In this document: positions 58,065-64,000 of the stretch, piece by piece | How the letters are laid out: each line of letters begins with the position of its first letter | How positions within the stretch are numbered: the stretch's first letter is position 1 | Assembly (NCBI RefSeq): GCF_006345805.1 | Contig: NC_043007.1 | Span: forward strand, 75,640,001 to 75,704,000 | Origin: Octopus sinensis | Taxonomy: Eukaryota | Direction: 5' to 3' | Length of the DNA: 64,000 bases | Program-made: the position numbers and the translations under genes | Notes under the pieces: generated by a model | Told to the model about the DNA's origin: nothing | What the model saw: only the letters and a program-made list of their open reading frames with translations | The model's database searches: none

Positions 58065-58240
58065 CCATAGACTTACAATACATTCTGCAGTAGAGTAACA
58101 TTAGACAAATGTCCAAAGGATCGGTACTGTAATATTTTTGTTGAAAATCCCACCATTGAAATAATGAAACACAAAATTCCAATACCCAAATGAAACGCTC
58201 CCGTTATGGTCATAGCCATGTACTGGAAACCAGCAATCAT
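58065..58240 (-). CDS. Copy B coding exon 1 (1-nt deletion near 58095)
   Basis: MIAGFQYMAMTITGAFHLGIGILCFIISMVGFS is 29/33 identical to copy A. Donor GTAAGT at 58064; upstream acceptor at 58267-58265 with 24 nt of UTR, as in copy A. Confidence 0.85.
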
Positions 58241-58309
58241 TTTTGATGGTTATGTGAAGCTTATCTAAAAATAAAAGAAAAAAAAAATTTCAAATTAGTT
58301 AGTAAAAGA

Positions 58310-59290
58310 AAACTAGCAAGCTCACATGCTATGCTGTGTTGGGTGCTGGACATGCGTAGGCTTGAAAAAAATGAAGCTAGTATGATCCACTGGATGTGTA
58401 ATGTCAGTGTGCATGCACAACAAAGCATGAGCACCCTGAGAGAAAAGTTGGACATAAGAAGCATCAAATGTGGTGTGCATGAGAGACAACTGCGCTGGCA
58501 TGATCATATGTTACGTATGGATGAGGACAACTGTGTGAGGAAGTGCCACACCCTAACTGTGGAAGAGGTAGACCCAAGGAGACATGGGATGAGGTGGTGA
58601 AGCATGACCTTCAAACGTTGGGCCTCACAGAGGCAATGACAGGAGACCAAGACCTTTGGAGATATGCTGTGATTGAGAAGACCTGGCAACTAAAGTGAGA
58701 TTTCAGTCATGGCCGATGCCAGTGTTACATGTCTGGCCCATTTAAGAGTACCCTTGATGTATCAGGCAATATGATATGCTTGAGAAGACCTGTTGAGTCA
58801 AGTAAAACCACAATTGTAGCTGTAGCCAGTGCCCCCTGACTGGCTCCCATTCCAGTGGCATGTAAAATGCACCATCTGAATGTGGTCGTTGCCAGTGCCC
58901 TCTGAGTGGCTCCTGTGCCGGTGGCATGTAAAAGGCACCATCTGAATGTGGTTGATGCCAGTGGCCCCTGACTGGCTCTTGTGCTAGCAGCACATAAAAA
59001 GCAATATCAGAACATGATTGATGCCAAATCTGCCTGACTGACTCCCATACCTGTGGCATGTAAAAAGCACTATCTGAACATGATTGATGCCAAGCCCACC
59101 TGACTGGTTCCTGTGCCGGTGGCATGTAAAAAGCACCTACTACACTCTCAAAGTGATTTGTGTTAGGCAGGGCATCCAGCTGTAGAAACATTGCCAGATC
59201 AGAGTGGAGCCTGGTGCAGCTGCTGGCTCTCCAGTTCTGTCAACTGGCTAACCCATGCCAGCATAGAAAACAGGCGTTAAATGATGATGA
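58310..59290 (+). mobile_element. 5'-truncated RTE LINE (ORF C-terminus, repetitive 3'UTR, (GAT)n tail)
   Basis: RRLEKNEASMIHWMCNVS...LREKLDIRSI...QLRWHDHMLRMDEDNCVRKC; ~60-bp repeats in the UTR. Confidence 0.88.
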
Positions 59291-59454
59291 TTACACACAC
59301 ACATTATATATCGTTTTAATGGTAGAACGTGAAGTTGATAAAACTATAAATGATAGTATGGGGAATACTGAGATAAGAAACCTTTGGATAGAAAAATATT
59401 GAAAACTGCAAATGGGACTCACACTCACGTTTATGAATATAACATTAATGGTTT

Positions 59455-60600
59455 CCAATTTTGGAACAAGGCCAGCAATTTCGGTGGTGGGGTTTAAGTT
59501 GATTACATTGACTCCAGTGTTCAACTGGTACTTATCTTATTGTGACTTACAGGATGAAAGGCAAAGTTGACCTTGACAGAAGTTGACCTCAGAACATAAA
59601 AATGGACAAAATGCTGCTATGCATTTTGCCCAGCGTGCTTATGATTCTGCCAGCTGGCCACTTTCAAATAATAATGATTTAAAATTTTGGCACAGGACCA
59701 GGAGTTGAGTAGGTTGACTCCAGTGCTTGACCGGTACTTATTTTATTGACCCTGAAAGGATGAAAGACGAAGTTGACCAGGTGGAATTTAGACTTAGAAC
59801 ATAAAGACAGATGACATGCCACTAAGCGTCTGGTGTGCTAGCAATTCTGTCAGCTTAGCGCTGTAAAAAATTTAACACATCAAATAATAATAATAATTTG
59901 CCTGTCAGTTGTTTGACCTTAATCAGTTGAGCATGTCCCATAGTGGCTGATGATACATGCAGTTCTGATCACGAGTAGAAGTAGTGGGGGAGCATCATAG
60001 CATGTATTGAGAGGAATTCTTTGGGGCTTGAATAATTCTCCTCTGGAAACATGGGTGTTTTTCAACATCTTTAAACAACCCTTATCCAAGGACCTTTTGA
60101 GTGGGATGGGCTCCACCTGCAAGGTCATGTGCTGGTTATCTTGATATGAGATCGCTATGACGCACTTATGGTTGTGAAGCATGTGTCTGGTGTAGCCTTA
60201 GGAGATGGGTAGTCATGATGGGTATATTGGGTTTCATATATTTGTACCCCAGTGTCACTTTGATGGCATGTGCAGCTCTCTCAATAATAATAATAATCCT
60301 TTCTCATAGGGACAAGGCCCGAAAATTGCAGGAAGTGCTAAGTCGATGACATCAACCCCAGTACTCAATAGGTATTTATTTTACTGACCCCGAAAGGATG
60401 AAAGATAAAGTTGACTTTGGCGGTGGAATTTAGGAAAGACTTAATACTCATGAAAATGTATGTATGCAGTCTTGGTTGTGGTCCAAGGACTATAACTCTT
60501 ACATTCTAAGTTCAAATTCTACCGAGGTTGACTTAGTTTTTCCTTTTTTCCTGGTCGATAAACTGAATACCAGTTGAACACTAAGGTTGATGTAGTCGAT
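59455..60600 (-). mobile_element. Cluster of degenerate SINE-2-related copies and other repeats
   Basis: ggtacttat...gaaaggatgaaag...gttgacc...ctcagaacat motifs at 59520, 59730 and 60370. Confidence 0.65.
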
Positions 60601-61555
60601 ACTCCTCCTGGCCTTATGCCAAAATTTGAAAGCAATATTAATACTCAATGATATGTTAAAATCACATTTATTATCTTAAAAATTCATTTACGTGTATCAA
60701 CTACATGGGAAATGTCTGTATACAGAATGGAAAGCTGTTGTTGATCTAAGAATGGTTTTGAAGAGTCAAACATGCTTACATTTGTTATAATGTTTATGAA
60801 ACATTTATCAATAACGTGACTATATACTTTGTGTCTATCTGATAGGGTTGATTGCTAGGATAAAATGCTAGCTTTGTGTAGATGGCATTCTTCACCAAGC
60901 CAATAATTTTCATCATCATGTACATATATACATACAATGTATAGACAGGTATAAATTATCCAGGCAGATACTGTAGGTGTAATCAGATTCAGGCTATCTG
61001 TATCGAATAGTAAGTTGCATCTAGTATTACTTCGGGTGAGCAATCCTATTGTAATTCATCCGAGGGGTTAGCCCTGAGTTCGTTTCACAAGATTATGAAT
61101 ATTTTTGAGAGTAAATTCAAAACAATTATAATGAATACAGAGACTTGTATTTCTGATATATATATATATTTTACAGTTAATTAATTATACAGCAAAATTG
61201 GTTTATATACGACCGACATAGAGATAAAGCAGTTGCATTTGAAACCAGCTATATTCGACTATGTGCCTTTAAATCACAGTCCCTCCAATTGACACCCAAA
61301 CAGTTCATACATATTGGAGCTTCCAGTGCGAATGCCAAGCAGTACAGCACGCTGTTTCCAAATTTCTAGAAGCTCATCGTACACACACACACCTATGCAT
61401 GTGTGTTCTTGTGTTCGATTATGGTTCAGCAAAAAGAGACCTATATCGATTTGTTTCATATAAATATATAATAAGTAAAATTAGATGGTGCTCCAGCTTG
61501 TCCAAAGTCCATCGACCAAAAAACCAATGCAAGATATATGCACATACATTCACGC

Positions 61556-61592
<37 letters not shown>

Positions 61593-61889
61593 TACATTAA
61601 AAATATGAAGCGGTGCTCCAGCATGGCCGCAATCCATCGACCAAAACCACTATAAAATAAATTATATACATATATCAAATGGATGTTTTAATTATTTACA
61701 CACACACAGGCACACCTACACATGTGCCCCCACCCACATTCTTTCCTCATAACTTTCAGGAAAATAGATTATATTTGACGAAATTTCTATGAAAGCGCCT
61801 TATTTTGTGTAGATTCCAATTATATCAGAATTGTTGTGAAAACGTTTTTGGGCCTTGTATATATATGTATGTATGTATGTATGTGTATA

Positions 61890-62080
61890 TGTTTGTACTC
61901 CCAACATCGCTTGACAACTGATGCTGGTGTGTTTACGTCCCCGTAACTTAGCGATTCGGCAAAACAGACCGATAGAATAAATACTAGGCTTACAAAGAAT
62001 AAGTCCTGGAGTTGATTTGCTCGACTAAAGGCGGTGCTCCATCCTGGCCACAGTCAAATGACTGAAACAAGTAAAAGAGT
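61890..62080 (+). mobile_element. SINE family 1, 3' half
   Basis: cttgacaactgatgctggtgtgtttacg...cagtcaaatgactgaaacaagtaaaagag. Confidence 0.85.
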
Positions 62081-63215
62081 ATGCGCATGGCCTACGGTTT
62101 ATTGTTCAGTTTGGTTTGATTAAAAAAAGCAAATAAGTTAAGAGGGAGATAAGTAGTAACAGTAGCATTCTTTACTTTAAATTTTTTTAGTGAAAATCTT
62201 GTAGGTGTACTTCCCAAGGAAAGGGGGTGAAATTTCCAAGGGTTTTGAAATTCATTCAAAAGAAAATTTTTTAAAAAAAGGAATTCAAATGATTCCGGGA
62301 TGGGGAAGGACAAAAATATGGGGTTTGCAGCTTATTAGGAGGTCAGGGTACTTGATTCCACGCAAAAAAAACCGAGCTTTTTCCTTTTTTTTTTTCTTAG
62401 TGAAAATCGTGCCGGTGAAGGGTCGAAATTTACCAAACAACTAAAATGATACTGAGCAAAGAAATAGGACTTCTCTCAAAAAATGAAAGGTAACGAACAA
62501 ATTTGCTCCTTTTACAACCCTTGCAGTGCCATAATTTCCCATCAGTAACGTCACCATATGTAGTAAGTCCACATGGTAAATTACAATTTGCACAGGTTTA
62601 CATATTCATAATTAGTCGACGCCGTTCCAACCAATGAAGAATGCTGTCTCCAGCTTTTCTTAATTGAATGATAGTCCACTATTCCTATACGATTGATTCA
62701 CGACTTAAGATTTTATGTTCAGGAACAATGAATGTATTTCTTTTTGCCCACAGGGGGCTAAACATAGAGGGACAAACAAGGACCCCAGTGCATAACTAGT
62801 ACTTAATTTATCGACCCCGAAAGGATGAAAAGCAAAATCGACCTCGGCGGAACTTGAACTCAGAACAAAGCGGCAGACGAAATACCTAAACACAGAGAGG
62901 ACAAACGGATTAAGTCGATTATATTGACCCCAGTGCGTAACTGGTACTTATTTAATCGACCCCGAAAGAATGAAAGGCAAAGTCGACCTCGGCGGAACTT
63001 GAACTCAGAACGTAGCAGCAGACGAAATACCCGGCGTGCTAACGATTCTGCCAGCTCGCCGCCCGTTCAGGAACAATGAATCGCGGTGCTGCTGGTGTCC
63101 CACGTGCCATTCCGATCGATTGTAAAATAAAGAATGCTTCTTTTATCTCCCCCTTAACTTTTATTTACTTTTTTAATCAAACCAAACTGAACAATAACTG
63201 TACGCCATGCGCATG
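62081..63215. mobile_element. ~1.1-kb non-autonomous TIR element with ~100-bp TIRs, containing SINE-2 insertions (62735-63062) and a copy of the 33.2-kb repeat unit
   Basis: atgcgcatggcctacggtttattgttcagtttggtttgattaaaaaa ... ttttttaatcaaaccaaactgaacaataactgtacgccatgcgcat. Confidence 0.8.
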
Positions 63216-64000
63216 CGCGATTGTTTAAAACTTTTCAATTTTGATTTCGAAGTATTTAAAAAATTATTTGGAAATTATAAAGAGAAACAAATGACAGAAT
63301 CGGACTGTCTATATTTTAAACGAAGATTTAAAAAAAAAAACTTGAAACTAAGAACCATCTTCTCATCAAATTCCGATGCGACCGTAATTTGAAAACTTCA
63401 TTGAAAAGTATCGCTTTTTCTGAAAGTTATGAAGTAACTACTTAGTTTTATCGCGGATGTAAAATACATGGACCACACCCCTTTCTTTTTTTCCCCTTTT
63501 TTTTTCTGAGGAAACCCACTATTTCGACTGCGGAGATTCTGAATCTGCACCACCCACCCCACAAAAATGGCATTTCAAAATTTAACCCCAAACTCTCAAT
63601 TTCTTCATTTTTCTCTTTTTTTTGGCGAAATACATATAAAAATAGGCATTCTTTCTATATAACTCGACAAAAACAAAACATTTCACTTTGGGTATTTCCG
63701 TAGAAGCAAATGACAGTTCGATTCTGTTTTCTGCTTAGAAATTTGCGGATTTTACACACATACATGAAACATGTAAGAACAAATATGCAAGGCTTTTTTT
63801 CTTTAAAGTTTAAAATGAGGCATTTGCTGGCATAATTTCGTTATATCTATACTCCACAAACCCACGGAAATACCCGAAGTGAAATGTTTTGATTTTTGTC
63901 GAGTTATATCGAAGGAATGCCTAAAAGTACGGAGAATATGATTCTGAGGGGTGGGGAGGTAAAAACTTCGATTTAAAAAAAAACCCTCCCCACGCCCGCG

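Larger units (their letters stand above)
49748..58240 (-). pseudogene. Four-transmembrane CD20/MS4A-like gene, copy B (~200 aa), frameshifted in exon 1 as assembled: complement(join(49748..49888,50901..51023,52334..52423,55275..55346,58065..58240))
   Basis: Same exon structure and phases as copy A, with canonical splice sites. Exon 1 is 176 nt versus 177 nt, giving ...HLSNVTLLQNVL* in the ATG frame, while the 3' frame reads STAECIVSLW (copy A: ATPACIASLW). The other four exons are open. It could be a true pseudogene or an assembly indel. Confidence 0.7.

Overview
AT-rich, microsatellite- and transposon-saturated eukaryotic DNA, most likely from an octopus or other coleoid cephalopod. That assignment is an inference from the SINE families, RTE 3' ends and repeat landscape. 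The ORF track is almost entirely low-complexity noise. Hidden on the minus strand are two tandem, head-to-tail paralogous genes, each with five coding exons and all phase-0 introns. They encode ~200-216 aa four-transmembrane proteins with CD20/MS4A-like features. Copy A (CDS 18509->1395) is intact and ends in five YPPNAA-type repeats. Copy B (58240->49748) has a 1-nt deficit in its first coding exon. The copies are conserved in the TM helices but diverge strongly in the two predicted extracellular loops. The ~31 kb between them is a transposon graveyard: a full-length R4/Dong-type RT+RLE retrotransposon that is one base from a single intact ORF and sits in (TAA)n, a truncated sister copy also in (TAA)n, full-length but dead mariner and Tc1 elements, Penelope, CR1, Tx1/L1 and RTE fragments, Helitrons, many tRNA-derived SINEs and foldback MITEs. 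Intron 1 of copy A contains a ~2.4 kb nearly pure (GAT)n array. Repeat boundaries are approximate unless TIRs or TSDs are quoted. No database searches were possible.
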